64,000 nt of DNA, taken from the IMG/VR virus record IMGVR_UViG_3300047160_002053, positions 1-64,000 of that record; one strand, written 5' to 3'. This DNA is from a virus. Below the pieces are notes generated by a model. It was not told where the DNA came from, ran no database searches, and worked only from the letters and a program-made list of their open reading frames with translations. Position numbers and translations under genes: made by a program. Below are positions 27,585 to 36,741 of this stretch, in pieces (positions within the stretch are counted from its first letter, which is position 1; every line of letters begins with the position of its first letter).

Positions 27585-28764
27585 ATTAAAAGATGATGTC
27601 CTCAAGGTAATTGCAGAAGTAGCGGAAACTGAAAAGCTCAAGCAGGAAACTCAGGCCAAGAAAGCCATCCTGGATAAAAAACGCATTGATAATCAACTGG
27701 AAGCCTTGCAACAGAACGAGCGAGAGCTTGAACTAGCAAGACAGGCAGATTACGGTGCCTTGTCAAAAGAACGTGTGGCCGAAATCGTTATTGACAACGA
27801 CGCCTACATGGACGCAGCTAAGAATCCGATTCCTTTTATCTGCAAGACCTTCGATGGCGTTGTACCGTTTTTCAGGAAAAACTTCATCCTTGTGGGCGCT
27901 CGTACTGGTGAAGGTAAATCGACTGCGGTCGCAAATATTGCCTATACTGTCCTGACAAAAAAGAATCCGGTTAACGGTAAAGGATACCGCGTTCTCGTGA
28001 TTACGAACGAGGAACGCGCAGAAGACTTCTATAACCGCGTCACGTCCCTGATTAAGGGTTGGCACTATACGAACCACTCTGAGTTCACTGAAGAGCAACG
28101 AAAAGAATTTCGCCGCATGATTCCTGTATTGGCTAATGGCGGACGCTTGACGGTCGTGGATAATAACCATAACGGTTCCCACGGTGTCACGACCACTCTT
28201 GAGGGTATCGAGAGCATCTTCGACTCGCTTTTGGCTAAGAAAGAGTATTACGATATCGTCCTGATCGACTACTACCAAAATATCATCTCGTCCAAGAAAG
28301 ACGCCTACATGAAGGAAAACGATGTTCAGGCAAAGCTTACGCGCATGATGGACCGATACAAGAACATCTATCCTGCTCCGATTGTCATGATGGCGCAGAT
28401 TATGCCTCCAGACAAAGACGACAAGACTCCATTCCAGTACCGCATCAAAGGCCGTAAGATCATCATGGACGCTACGACTTTCGCAGTTGAGATGGTCCGT
28501 GACTCCAAAAACCTCTGCACCTATTGGCATATTCATAAGTCACGTTTTACAAACTACGTCGGCGAGAAAAAGACGACGGCATACAATAATGGTAAATTTG
28601 AGCCATACACGACTGAATGGGCCGAAAAGGTCCAGAAAATGGCTTACGAACGCAAAGCGCGTGAGATTAACGAAACCATCGACAAGTCCAATGGATTGCC
28701 CGATGTGTTTAAGGATGAAAATAAAAATGGTTCAGGAACTTCAAGCTCTAATGAAGGCTCTTGA
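27577..28764 (+). CDS. DnaB-like replicative helicase
   Basis: GARTGEGKS, ITNEE, VLIDYYQ, MAQ, KSRF. Confidence 0.85.
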   Translation: MSELKDDVLKVIAEVAETEKLKQETQAKKAILDKKRIDNQLEALQQNERELELARQADYGALSKERVAEIVIDNDAYMDAAKNPIPFICKTFDGVVPFFRKNFILVGARTGEGKSTAVANIAYTVLTKKNPVNGKGYRVLVITNEERAEDFYNRVTSLIKGWHYTNHSEFTEEQRKEFRRMIPVLANGGRLTVVDNNHNGSHGVTTTLEGIESIFDSLLAKKEYYDIVLIDYYQNIISSKKDAYMKENDVQAKLTRMMDRYKNIYPAPIVMMAQIMPPDKDDKTPFQYRIKGRKIIMDATTFAVEMVRDSKNLCTYWHIHKSRFTNYVGEKKTTAYNNGKFEPYTTEWAEKVQKMAYERKAREINETIDKSNGLPDVFKDENKNGSGTSSSNEGS

Positions 28765-29023
28765 GGTAGGCAATAACTACCCAAACAGTCAGCTATCTCA
28801 AGGCGCGACGCTTCAAATAGAAGATTTGGAAGTCACGCTGAAATGTGTTACGTTTGAATGCGCAATTTTCATGACGGATAGACAATTTAACCGTTTTTTG
28901 AAAAACTTAGAAAAGCGCAATATTCACTATGCTTTAATAACTAAAAATCCACGTCATTTGCTGGATTGGAATAAAAAACTACGAATTAAGGGTAGAACCC
29001 TGAAATTCAGAACGAGGTCTTAA
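28727..29023 (+). CDS. Hypothetical protein
   Basis: Likely start ATG 28727 within the track ORF 28487..29023. Confidence 0.5.
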   Translation: MVQELQALMKALEVGNNYPNSQLSQGATLQIEDLEVTLKCVTFECAIFMTDRQFNRFLKNLEKRNIHYALITKNPRHLLDWNKKLRIKGRTLKFRTRS

Positions 29024-29024
29024 T

Positions 29025-29333
29025 ATGGAAATCAAATTGGTTGAAACGGAAGTGCAGAAAATCAATCTGGGTGAGGGCGACGTTCTCGTCACCACAATTA
29101 AGTCGGATGAAATCGACATGGCTTCCATGAATAGCCTTGGAGACCAGCTTCGCAAGATCTTCCCTAATAACAAGGTAATCGTTATGGGCGTTGGCTCAGA
29201 AGGAGACATCAAGTTTACTGTTGCAAAAGATGCCGCAGCTAAGGTAAGCTCTGGATGTGGGACTGGTCCTGCCAATTACTGCTCTGATTGCTCATGTGGC
29301 AAGAAAGAGCGATACGAAGGGAACGAAGGATGA
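29025..29333 (+). CDS. Hypothetical protein with C-terminal Cys cluster
   Basis: CGTGPANYCSDCSC. Confidence 0.65.
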   Translation: MEIKLVETEVQKINLGEGDVLVTTIKSDEIDMASMNSLGDQLRKIFPNNKVIVMGVGSEGDIKFTVAKDAAAKVSSGCGTGPANYCSDCSCGKKERYEGNEG

Positions 29334-29662
29334 AACTTCTTCAATTGACTGATTTTTACGATAAACAGAGCGCCGAATACCTAGTGGTCGAAAAGGTCCG
29401 CCATATTCAAAAGCACTCTCAAGAGTTCATGAACATCAAATCTGAAGAACAAGAAGTGACCTCGACTCCTGGTTTCCTGGGTCGTCTGTTTGGCGAGAAG
29501 CCTAAGACTACGACGGAAACCGTTGAAATCAGTCGCGAAAAAGTTACACGCACTGGATCATGCGTATTCTTCGATGACGGCCACACAATTGTCTTGGAAT
29601 CTCCCGAAGAAATTGCTAGACTGTTAGTGGATGGATCGAAAACAACCGAAGTGAAAGGATAA
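29330..29662 (+). CDS. Hypothetical protein
   Basis: ATGA-coupled start at 29330. Confidence 0.6.
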   Translation: MKLLQLTDFYDKQSAEYLVVEKVRHIQKHSQEFMNIKSEEQEVTSTPGFLGRLFGEKPKTTTETVEISREKVTRTGSCVFFDDGHTIVLESPEEIARLLVDGSKTTEVKG

Positions 29663-29666
29663 TAAA

Positions 29667-30056
29667 ATGGATATCTCTCGTGAATTGCGCGAAGAACTTA
29701 AATCTCTCTCGAAGGAAGTCTTTGGGGTTTCTAGCAAATGGCAGAAGCTCATGGAATACGACCATGTTTTGACCCACAAAGTCAAAGAAACGGTCCCTGG
29801 TGAGAACGGTGAGCCGGACACCGAGCGTGAAGTCGAAGTTCCTTTGTATGCTCCTGGCACAACCAAAGTGAAGCAGTCGGTTCGCAAGTATCGCACGCCT
29901 GAAGAAGTTCTTGAGTTGCTCAAGGGTTTCAAGGCTAAGCGTGACGAGTTCATCGCCCAAATGAAAGCTCAGCAAGAAGCTGCTAAGGCAAAAGCTGCCG
30001 AAGAAGCTCAAGCGAAAAAGGTCCAAGAAGAGCTTGCTGGCTCTGCTTTGACATGA
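29667..30056 (+). CDS. Hypothetical protein
   Basis: RBS; operon context. Confidence 0.7.
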   Translation: MDISRELREELKSLSKEVFGVSSKWQKLMEYDHVLTHKVKETVPGENGEPDTEREVEVPLYAPGTTKVKQSVRKYRTPEEVLELLKGFKAKRDEFIAQMKAQQEAAKAKAAEEAQAKKVQEELAGSALT

Positions 30057-30328
30057 GACTTTCAGATGAACAGGTCAAGCAAGACCTCAAAAATTTAGTA
30101 AAAGAAATCGGCGGATTCGGGTCCGGTGTAAATGGAGAGCTTTTTGCAGAAAAAGCCATGGAGTCTCATCGAGATCCATACGTTCAGGTTCTGGCCCGTG
30201 TCATTCGTAATCTTGATAATTACGTTAGTGTTCTGGAAGAGCGGATCGCAGCTCTTGAAGAAGAACTTGAAGTGGAAGTGCCGGACGAGCTTTACGATTC
30301 TTTATCAGAAGAGAATGTGAAAGATTAA
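30053..30328 (+). CDS. Hypothetical protein
   Basis: ATGA-coupled. Confidence 0.6.
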   Translation: MRLSDEQVKQDLKNLVKEIGGFGSGVNGELFAEKAMESHRDPYVQVLARVIRNLDNYVSVLEERIAALEEELEVEVPDELYDSLSEENVKD

Positions 30329-30589
30329 ATGGATCACCTGCGTTTTCTCATGCAAACTATTTCGTCATATCTAGAAATGGGTATGACGGTCTATCTTTTG
30401 GATGAAGACGCAGAAAGGTTGTCTAATATTCACGGGCACTTTTTGTCACCGAACTTAACAATCGGTAGCTTTAAGCCCACTGGTCGTGGCATGATACATC
30501 ACGACGTAACCGTTGCAGTGAATCCGCCAGATAACGGGTTCAATGACTGGAAACAGATCTCCAGGATAAACGTAAGGATTGACATGTAA
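30329..30589 (+). CDS. Hypothetical protein
   Basis: Abuts both neighbours. Confidence 0.55.
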   Translation: MDHLRFLMQTISSYLEMGMTVYLLDEDAERLSNIHGHFLSPNLTIGSFKPTGRGMIHHDVTVAVNPPDNGFNDWKQISRINVRIDM

Positions 30590-31491
30590 TGCACACAGAT
30601 GGACAAAAACTCCTCAATTTAATGTTCAGACCTGGGGAGACGGTCTCGGTTAGCCACAACAAATATGGCTACCATAGCATTCCTTTGTCCGAAGCCTTGC
30701 AAGATAAGATCGTGACGCTCGTTCCTACAGAAGAATCATGCGCAAAACGGGGCATCGAATGGTGCCCTGAAAACTTCGATAAATCCCACACGGACGACCT
30801 GACCCTGGTAGCCCTGAACCCTATCAAGGGCTTTCGTGAGGATTTGAACTGTACCGCTTTCCGTAACTTTCTGGTCGAAATGGACTATGGACCTCTCGAT
30901 CAGCAGCTAGCTTATGCAAAGACGATTGGACTGCCTTATTCAGCGGTCATTTTCTCTGGTAATAAATCGCTCCACTTCCTAATCAGCCTCGACACTGACA
31001 TCCCGACCGAGAAGGATTGGCGCACTATGGCAGAATGGACTTTGGCCATCGCTACGGCGGCTGACCAAAACACCAAGAACCCGTCCCGTCAGATCCGTAT
31101 TCCAGGCGCTTACCGTGAGCCTGGTAAGCAGCAAATGATGTACGAATGGAAAGGGGTTACTCCCATAAAAGAATTCGCTGCGTGGCTTGCAGCGCATCCA
31201 GACGCGAAGCCTAAAGCTCCTGAGAAACGCCATATCGCTAAGGGTAAGCCTAGCATGGATAACGTGAAGCTATGGGCAAAACAACGCCTTGCGGCAGGAT
31301 TGGACCCTCATAAGGGCCGAAATAAGCAATGGTTTGCGATTGCTTGCGAATTTGCCTTGGCAGGCTATTCAGAAGATGATACACTCGACGTACTCTCAGA
31401 ATTTTTTACTCCTGACCGCACGTTCCGAGAAAGAGAGTGGAAGACCTCAATCAAGAGTGCCTTCAAATATATTTATTCGAGGAAGTCATGA
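30589..31491 (+). CDS. AEP-superfamily primase with PriCT-like C-terminus
   Basis: LVEMD, FSGNKSLH, KNPSRQIRIPG, GRNKQWFAIACEF. Confidence 0.75.
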   Translation: MHTDGQKLLNLMFRPGETVSVSHNKYGYHSIPLSEALQDKIVTLVPTEESCAKRGIEWCPENFDKSHTDDLTLVALNPIKGFREDLNCTAFRNFLVEMDYGPLDQQLAYAKTIGLPYSAVIFSGNKSLHFLISLDTDIPTEKDWRTMAEWTLAIATAADQNTKNPSRQIRIPGAYREPGKQQMMYEWKGVTPIKEFAAWLAAHPDAKPKAPEKRHIAKGKPSMDNVKLWAKQRLAAGLDPHKGRNKQWFAIACEFALAGYSEDDTLDVLSEFFTPDRTFREREWKTSIKSAFKYIYSRKS

Positions 31492-31628
31492 TAAAAAAGA
31501 TCAAGCGCATCCGAAAGCGCAGAAAGATCCGGAAGAAGCCGGTCGTGAAGCGAGAACTTCCGAAAGAGATTCCGCCAGCTTTCATTATCAATAACATTCC
31601 CACTAACGTACCGCAGGTGAGACTATGA
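31488..31628 (+). CDS. Small basic protein
   Basis: ATGA-coupled; MIKKIKRIRKRRKIRKK. Confidence 0.45.
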   Translation: MIKKIKRIRKRRKIRKKPVVKRELPKEIPPAFIINNIPTNVPQVRL

Positions 31629-31858
31629 ACCATCCGAAATTTACACTCGAAGCTACGAATGATTTCTACAATCCGTTCCAGTTGCGCGAGCATATTACGG
31701 CAATTGATCCTGCAGATAATCAGACCAAAGTGATGAGTCAGGTTGTTGGCCGCTATAAACGCCTGGAAGAAGCATTCTTGGATATGGCAATGCGATCCGG
31801 CCAGCCCGTAATCATCGCAGTGTCTCAGAATCCTATTGACAACACGTTTACTGTGTGA
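31625..31858 (+). CDS. Hypothetical protein
   Basis: ATGA-coupled. Confidence 0.55.
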   Translation: MNHPKFTLEATNDFYNPFQLREHITAIDPADNQTKVMSQVVGRYKRLEEAFLDMAMRSGQPVIIAVSQNPIDNTFTV

Positions 31859-31864
31859 GATTTT
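31836..31864 (+). promoter_or_regulatory. Possible sigma70-type promoter
   Basis: TTGACA-17 bp-GATTTT with a TG extension; the -10 is weak. Confidence 0.35.
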
Positions 31865-31883
31865 AGAAAGAAAGAGGATTTTC

Positions 31884-32606
31884 ATGAACGACGCCAACCA
31901 CAAACTCGACCATACTCTCAAGGCCAAATCGGAAGATCCGATCTGGCACATGCACGAGTACGACGTAGATCTCGCATCGAACCATATCTATCTGTTCGGC
32001 GCTGAGGCCTACAATACAGGTAACGGTGGAACCCATGACGAAGAGCCTGGCGTGGAATTCATCATGGCAAACAGATTTATCCGTAACCTGAATCTCTGTA
32101 TGCGCGTAAATCCTGATACTCCTATCGTGATCCACATGAAAACGAATGGCGGCTATTGGGAAGAAGGCATGGCTATCTATGACGCTATTAAGTCGTGCCC
32201 GTACCCTGTTACGATCCTGAATTACACTCACGCACGCTCAATGTCGAGCTTGATCTTTCAGGCCGCAAATAAGCGCGTGATGATGCCTCATTCGACGTTT
32301 ATGTTCCACGACGGTACTCTGGGCGTAGATGGAACCGTGAAGCAAGTTGCATCGGCTGTTGAGTTTGGAAAGATCCAAGATCAGCAGATGATGAAAATTT
32401 ATCTTGACTCCATGAAAGCAAATGGTAAATTTATGCACCGTAGCCGCAAGTTCATTCAGGCGTGGCTGCGCGAACAAATGGACAAAAAAGAAGACGTGTA
32501 CCTCACTGCGAAAGACGCTGTTGAGTATGGGTTTGCCGACAAGATCTTTGATTACAACTGGGCAGATCTTACCAAATACACGCCTGAAGAGTTGGCTAGG
32601 GGATAA
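31884..32606 (+). CDS. clpP: ClpP-like protease (cytoplasmic)
   Basis: TNGG, GMAIYDAIK, ARSMS (Ser), FMFH (His), EDVYLTAKDAVEYGFADKI. Confidence 0.85.
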   Translation: MNDANHKLDHTLKAKSEDPIWHMHEYDVDLASNHIYLFGAEAYNTGNGGTHDEEPGVEFIMANRFIRNLNLCMRVNPDTPIVIHMKTNGGYWEEGMAIYDAIKSCPYPVTILNYTHARSMSSLIFQAANKRVMMPHSTFMFHDGTLGVDGTVKQVASAVEFGKIQDQQMMKIYLDSMKANGKFMHRSRKFIQAWLREQMDKKEDVYLTAKDAVEYGFADKIFDYNWADLTKYTPEELARG

Positions 32607-32608
32607 GT

Positions 32609-32905
32609 ATGATGGATGATATGAACGATATCGAGAAGCTTCTGTGGATCGAAAAACGTTTTGGAATCACCAAGACTTTGGAAGAGAAGCATCCCTCGAA
32701 CGATAAGGTTGAAGCCCTGGAGCAGGAGCTTAACAGTATTCTTTCGCGCTACCGTGAAGAATACAAGATCACCATGCCTATGCCTCGCATTCGCATGTGG
32801 CTGACCGATAACAAGATGAATTTCCTATTTTTTGATCGTAAGTCTGGCAAACGTATCTTGCTGGGTAACTGGCTCTCAAACAAGGAAGATTTCTATGAAC
32901 GCTGA
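32609..32905 (+). CDS. Hypothetical protein
   Basis: Operon context. Confidence 0.6.
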   Translation: MMDDMNDIEKLLWIEKRFGITKTLEEKHPSNDKVEALEQELNSILSRYREEYKITMPMPRIRMWLTDNKMNFLFFDRKSGKRILLGNWLSNKEDFYER

Positions 32906-33317
32906 AGAAGTTAGAAACAAGGTGAGAGAAAGCATTAACTTAGCGCTTCGTCCTTTGATCGGGACCAAGATGGATGCGACTGCCAAGATGCGCGCAAAGG
33001 CCGTGATCATGGACGTATTGGCGCATTATTACAACGATGGGACGATTGATGAGATCCCCCTGATTGATATTAACCACGAAACCGAGTTGGCATACTTGAC
33101 CAACGCTATTAGAAACATGTATTTGGAGATTGATGGTACTGAGGACGAACAGACCAGACTCGCACTTGCTCGTGAAATGAGCGGATACTCTATGCGTGCG
33201 AATGAACTGCGCCGTCAGATGGAAGGCTTAGGCCAGAATTCGATTCAGATCTTCCTCAAAAATCCCAATACCTATGAGCCATTTGTTTGGTACGGGAGAT
33301 CTCAGTATGAAAACTGA
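32895..33317 (+). CDS. Hypothetical protein
   Basis: AAGGA RBS; start ATG 32895. Confidence 0.6.
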   Translation: MNAEEVRNKVRESINLALRPLIGTKMDATAKMRAKAVIMDVLAHYYNDGTIDEIPLIDINHETELAYLTNAIRNMYLEIDGTEDEQTRLALAREMSGYSMRANELRRQMEGLGQNSIQIFLKNPNTYEPFVWYGRSQYEN

Positions 33318-34053
33318 AGTTGAAAACGTAGTTGTCACCGAAGAAAAGCCGGTGGAACTTGTAGCGAAACACACGGAGTTCGAGACGAAGTATCGTGTCG
33401 ATCCTGCAACCTTGACTGATTTCAAACAAATCGCAGATAAACTGCCTGGATTGGAGAAATTTATTTATGTCGAAGGTCCAGACACGTACTATACGAATGA
33501 GCACATCACGAAGAAATTTGACGCTTTCGCAGAAACGCTTGGTGAAAAAGCACGAGCAGCTTTTGAACAGCTACTTACCGACACAATTTCGCAATTTCCA
33601 CCTTTTATGCGATACCGCCGTCCTTCTCACGGTCTTGACGGGGATCGAAAAGAACTTACCACCAAGTATAAGCAATCTGGTTCAAAAAATAACATTCAAA
33701 GGGAAGAAAAAAACATTAGAGTTGACAAGGTTGACGAAGATACGATCATGAAATTCGTATCCGATCTTGGATATAAGCTTAATTTTTCGATCTGGAAGAC
33801 CTGCCACATCTACAATTTCTCAGATGCGACAATCGTATTCTATACGGTTTATGACACGACCAATGGAAAGTCGTCGAAGATCGACACGTTCGTTGAGATC
33901 GAAGTCTCCGAAGAGAAAGTCTCCGAGATGACAGAGAAGCAGGCTTTTGATATTATTGAGAAGTACGAAAAGGCCCTGGAAACTGTTGGTCTTTCTGCAC
34001 GCTCTCGTTTACGCAAATCATTGTTTGAAATGTACCGAAGGGAAGTCAAATGA
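33307..34053 (+). CDS. CYTH-domain (triphosphate tunnel metalloenzyme) protein
   Basis: N-terminal EFETK (ExExK), DTYY, MRYR, REE, C-terminal FVEIE. Confidence 0.75.
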   Translation: MKTEVENVVVTEEKPVELVAKHTEFETKYRVDPATLTDFKQIADKLPGLEKFIYVEGPDTYYTNEHITKKFDAFAETLGEKARAAFEQLLTDTISQFPPFMRYRRPSHGLDGDRKELTTKYKQSGSKNNIQREEKNIRVDKVDEDTIMKFVSDLGYKLNFSIWKTCHIYNFSDATIVFYTVYDTTNGKSSKIDTFVEIEVSEEKVSEMTEKQAFDIIEKYEKALETVGLSARSRLRKSLFEMYRREVK

Positions 34054-34322
34054 GTAAGTCAGATACAATCGACATTCCAGTATGGGCAGGACATGGCACG
34101 GGCCGATTAGTTCGTCGCGACGCATTGCCGCAGGAACATCCCTGGTCCACGTACAATTACATCAAAAATGAGCTTAAACTCAAGCCCGAAGACTATGGTG
34201 TTTTTGATCGAAAGACCGAGATTATCCGTGAAGAACTGGCCGGTAAAACCAATAGTGAACTGAAAACTATGGTAGCCGAACTTCGCCTACAGATTGAGGC
34301 GATGGAAAGAGCAGGTTTCTAA
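34050..34322 (+). CDS. Hypothetical protein
   Basis: ATGA-coupled. Confidence 0.6.
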   Translation: MSKSDTIDIPVWAGHGTGRLVRRDALPQEHPWSTYNYIKNELKLKPEDYGVFDRKTEIIREELAGKTNSELKTMVAELRLQIEAMERAGF

Positions 34323-34540
34323 TGAGCAACATAGAAATGTGCGATATGTGTATGGAGCACTACTGTACTCACTGTGAGCGTGGACGTGATTGCTACGAAT
34401 GTGGACAGGAAAAGTGCGAATCCTGCGATAATTCCGAATGTCCTGAGTGTGGAGAAGCAATTTGTGAATCTTGTCTTGCTTCGCACCTGGAAGATTGTTA
34501 TGATGAAGAAGAAAACGAAACCGAAGACGATTGCGAATAG
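34322..34540 (+). CDS. Cys-rich acidic microprotein
   Basis: Six CxxC pairs in 72 aa. Confidence 0.6.
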   Translation: MSNIEMCDMCMEHYCTHCERGRDCYECGQEKCESCDNSECPECGEAICESCLASHLEDCYDEEENETEDDCE

Positions 34541-34552
34541 AAAGGACTTAAT

Positions 34553-35542
34553 ATGAGTGAAATCGACGACGCAGCAGAATGGGCCGCAGCAGCGGAAACC
34601 TACGAAAAGCCTGAAGAATCTAACAAGAGACGTAACCGATCTCCTGATTTCTTATACGAAGATGATGACGAGAAGAAGCCTGGCCAACCGAACCAGTACG
34701 CACTGTACGGCGGCGGCTACATGGCTACGACTCCTACGATCAAAACGCTTCCCCCTGGCGTTTATGATATCACTGCCGATAACCGTGGCGTTTATGTCGT
34801 TCCTGCACTTCCGCCGTCTGGCCTCCTGTTGGAATTGCCTGAGATGCGTTCTGAGGAAGTGATCCGTGTTGTGGATAATTTCTGGGCATCGGAAAAGGAC
34901 TATAAGGAAGGAAACCAATTCGTGATCGGCGGCGCTCAATTCAAGGCCGGTGTCATGATCTATGGTCCTCCTGGTTCTGGTAAATCCTGCACCATCAAAT
35001 TGATCTCGAAGAAGCTCGTTGAAAAGGGCGGAACGGTGTTCTTTGCATCGACCAATCCCGAAGTAGTTATGAGCTGGCTTGAAGATTTCGCTCGCGTTGA
35101 GCCGAATCGTAAGAGCATCGTGATCCTTGAAGACGTTGATTCTTTGATCGACCGTTTTGGCGAGGCTCATTACCTGGAAATGTTGGATTCGGCGAAGACC
35201 ATCGACAACGTGCTCTTCATCGCTACGACCAACTATCCTGAGAAGTTGGACCCGCGCATTTACAATCGTCCTGGCCGTTTTAGCCATGTGATCAAGATCG
35301 GTCTTCCGACTGACAATGCTCGCCGCGCATTCTTACAGGCCGTGTTGAAAGATCATAAAGATGTGGATTTCATCGTGGAAAACTCTAAGAACTTCACGAT
35401 TGACCACTTGTCCGCACTGCTTAATGCCGTGTACCGCGAGAAGAAGCCTTTGGAACAGGAAATCAAGCGTCTTCGTACCTTGTTCCGCGTGCCGAAGTCT
35501 GACGAGCGCACTATGGGTATCAGCCTGACGGACAACGACTAA
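34553..35542 (+). CDS. AAA+ ATPase
   Basis: YGPPGSGKS, ILEDVD, ATTNYPEKLDPRIYNRPGRF (second region of homology). Confidence 0.9.
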   Translation: MSEIDDAAEWAAAAETYEKPEESNKRRNRSPDFLYEDDDEKKPGQPNQYALYGGGYMATTPTIKTLPPGVYDITADNRGVYVVPALPPSGLLLELPEMRSEEVIRVVDNFWASEKDYKEGNQFVIGGAQFKAGVMIYGPPGSGKSCTIKLISKKLVEKGGTVFFASTNPEVVMSWLEDFARVEPNRKSIVILEDVDSLIDRFGEAHYLEMLDSAKTIDNVLFIATTNYPEKLDPRIYNRPGRFSHVIKIGLPTDNARRAFLQAVLKDHKDVDFIVENSKNFTIDHLSALLNAVYREKKPLEQEIKRLRTLFRVPKSDERTMGISLTDND

Positions 35543-35543
35543 A

Positions 35544-35642
35544 ATGAGCTTCCCTATGTTTTGCCTGGCGATGTTCCTCGTAATGACGGGACATCCAGGC
35601 TTTGCAGTATTGCTTATTTTATTGACCTGGAGAAGCGAATGA
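35544..35642 (+). CDS. Small membrane peptide (32 aa), not in the ORF track
   Basis: MSFPMFCLAMFLVMTGHPGFAVLLILLTWRSE; its stop overlaps ATG 35639. Confidence 0.5.
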   Translation: MSFPMFCLAMFLVMTGHPGFAVLLILLTWRSE

Positions 35643-36433
35643 AATACCCAATAGACCCACAGACCGCAGAGACTATGTTTGGCCATTTGGTTACGCACGA
35701 GCGTACCCAGCGGCAGCTTATTACTGCAATGTCGGGTCTATTGATGGAAGCAATAGCTACCTCTGACGGCGATCAAGAATGGGTTGTAGAGGCTAAAAAG
35801 CTCTTCAAGACCCAGAAAATGATCAAAGCTGAACATGAGACTCGTCTTTTTAACCAAAAGAATGGGCACGCTGAGAATCATACCGTTAAGGTGGAAACTT
35901 CCGTGGCACCCGAGACTATTCAGCCTATCCAGGGCGCACCGATCATTATGCCTGGCGCTCAAATTGATCCGCAAACGAACCATGAATTGAACAAGATGGA
36001 AGAGAGCTTCGGCGGTGAAATGTCCGAAGAAGAGCTTGAAAGAATGTTCAATCAACGTCCTGCAATCCGCGCAACATCCGAAAACGCTGGCCCTAAGCAT
36101 GTCGATTTATCGAAGAAGAATCCGTTTAAGGGTATGACGCTTCAGGAAATCGAATCCTGGGAAGCAGCACAGAATAATTCCAATGACATCTACAAGATCA
36201 AAGCCCGTGTCCAAAACTTGGCCGTGGGTATCTCTGGCGGCAATTTAACGGCTGTCGGAGAGATGATGGTTAATTCTTTCGTTCACGTTCTGCGCGATCT
36301 CTATGAATTCGCAGACTACTTGCCAGATGCTGAACAACGTATTAGACTGGTAGAAAGAATTCGCAAGCACGAAGGTATGCCTGGAACACTGATCGCGGCG
36401 GCCTCTGCGGGCGTGAAAGTGAGCAAAAAATGA
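35639..36433 (+). CDS. Hypothetical protein
   Basis: GGAG RBS before ATG 35639 (track start 35561). Confidence 0.7.
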   Translation: MKYPIDPQTAETMFGHLVTHERTQRQLITAMSGLLMEAIATSDGDQEWVVEAKKLFKTQKMIKAEHETRLFNQKNGHAENHTVKVETSVAPETIQPIQGAPIIMPGAQIDPQTNHELNKMEESFGGEMSEEELERMFNQRPAIRATSENAGPKHVDLSKKNPFKGMTLQEIESWEAAQNNSNDIYKIKARVQNLAVGISGGNLTAVGEMMVNSFVHVLRDLYEFADYLPDAEQRIRLVERIRKHEGMPGTLIAAASAGVKVSKK

Positions 36434-36741
36434 CCGGCAAAGAACTTCGCACGTTTTTTAAGCGTTTCAAATACATGAAGAATAAATTTTCGGTACAATT
36501 CAAGGCCAATGGCATGGCTAGAATCACAGCATCTGCTTTCTTGATAGACGTGACTACCGGAAAGCGTAAGCTATTCACGGATCAGCGCACGTTGGCTTAT
36601 AAAGACTTCAGCGAATTCGAGCTTCTGAACTACATGCGAAACTGGATCTTAAACGTATCCATGCATGAAGTTGATGAGAAGATCCTGTTCGATGGCAAAC
36701 GCATCTTTGATCCACACAAAGTTTGGAATCACTTATGGTAA
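36430..36741 (+). CDS. Hypothetical protein
   Basis: ATGA-coupled. Confidence 0.6.
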   Translation: MTGKELRTFFKRFKYMKNKFSVQFKANGMARITASAFLIDVTTGKRKLFTDQRTLAYKDFSEFELLNYMRNWILNVSMHEVDEKILFDGKRIFDPHKVWNHLW

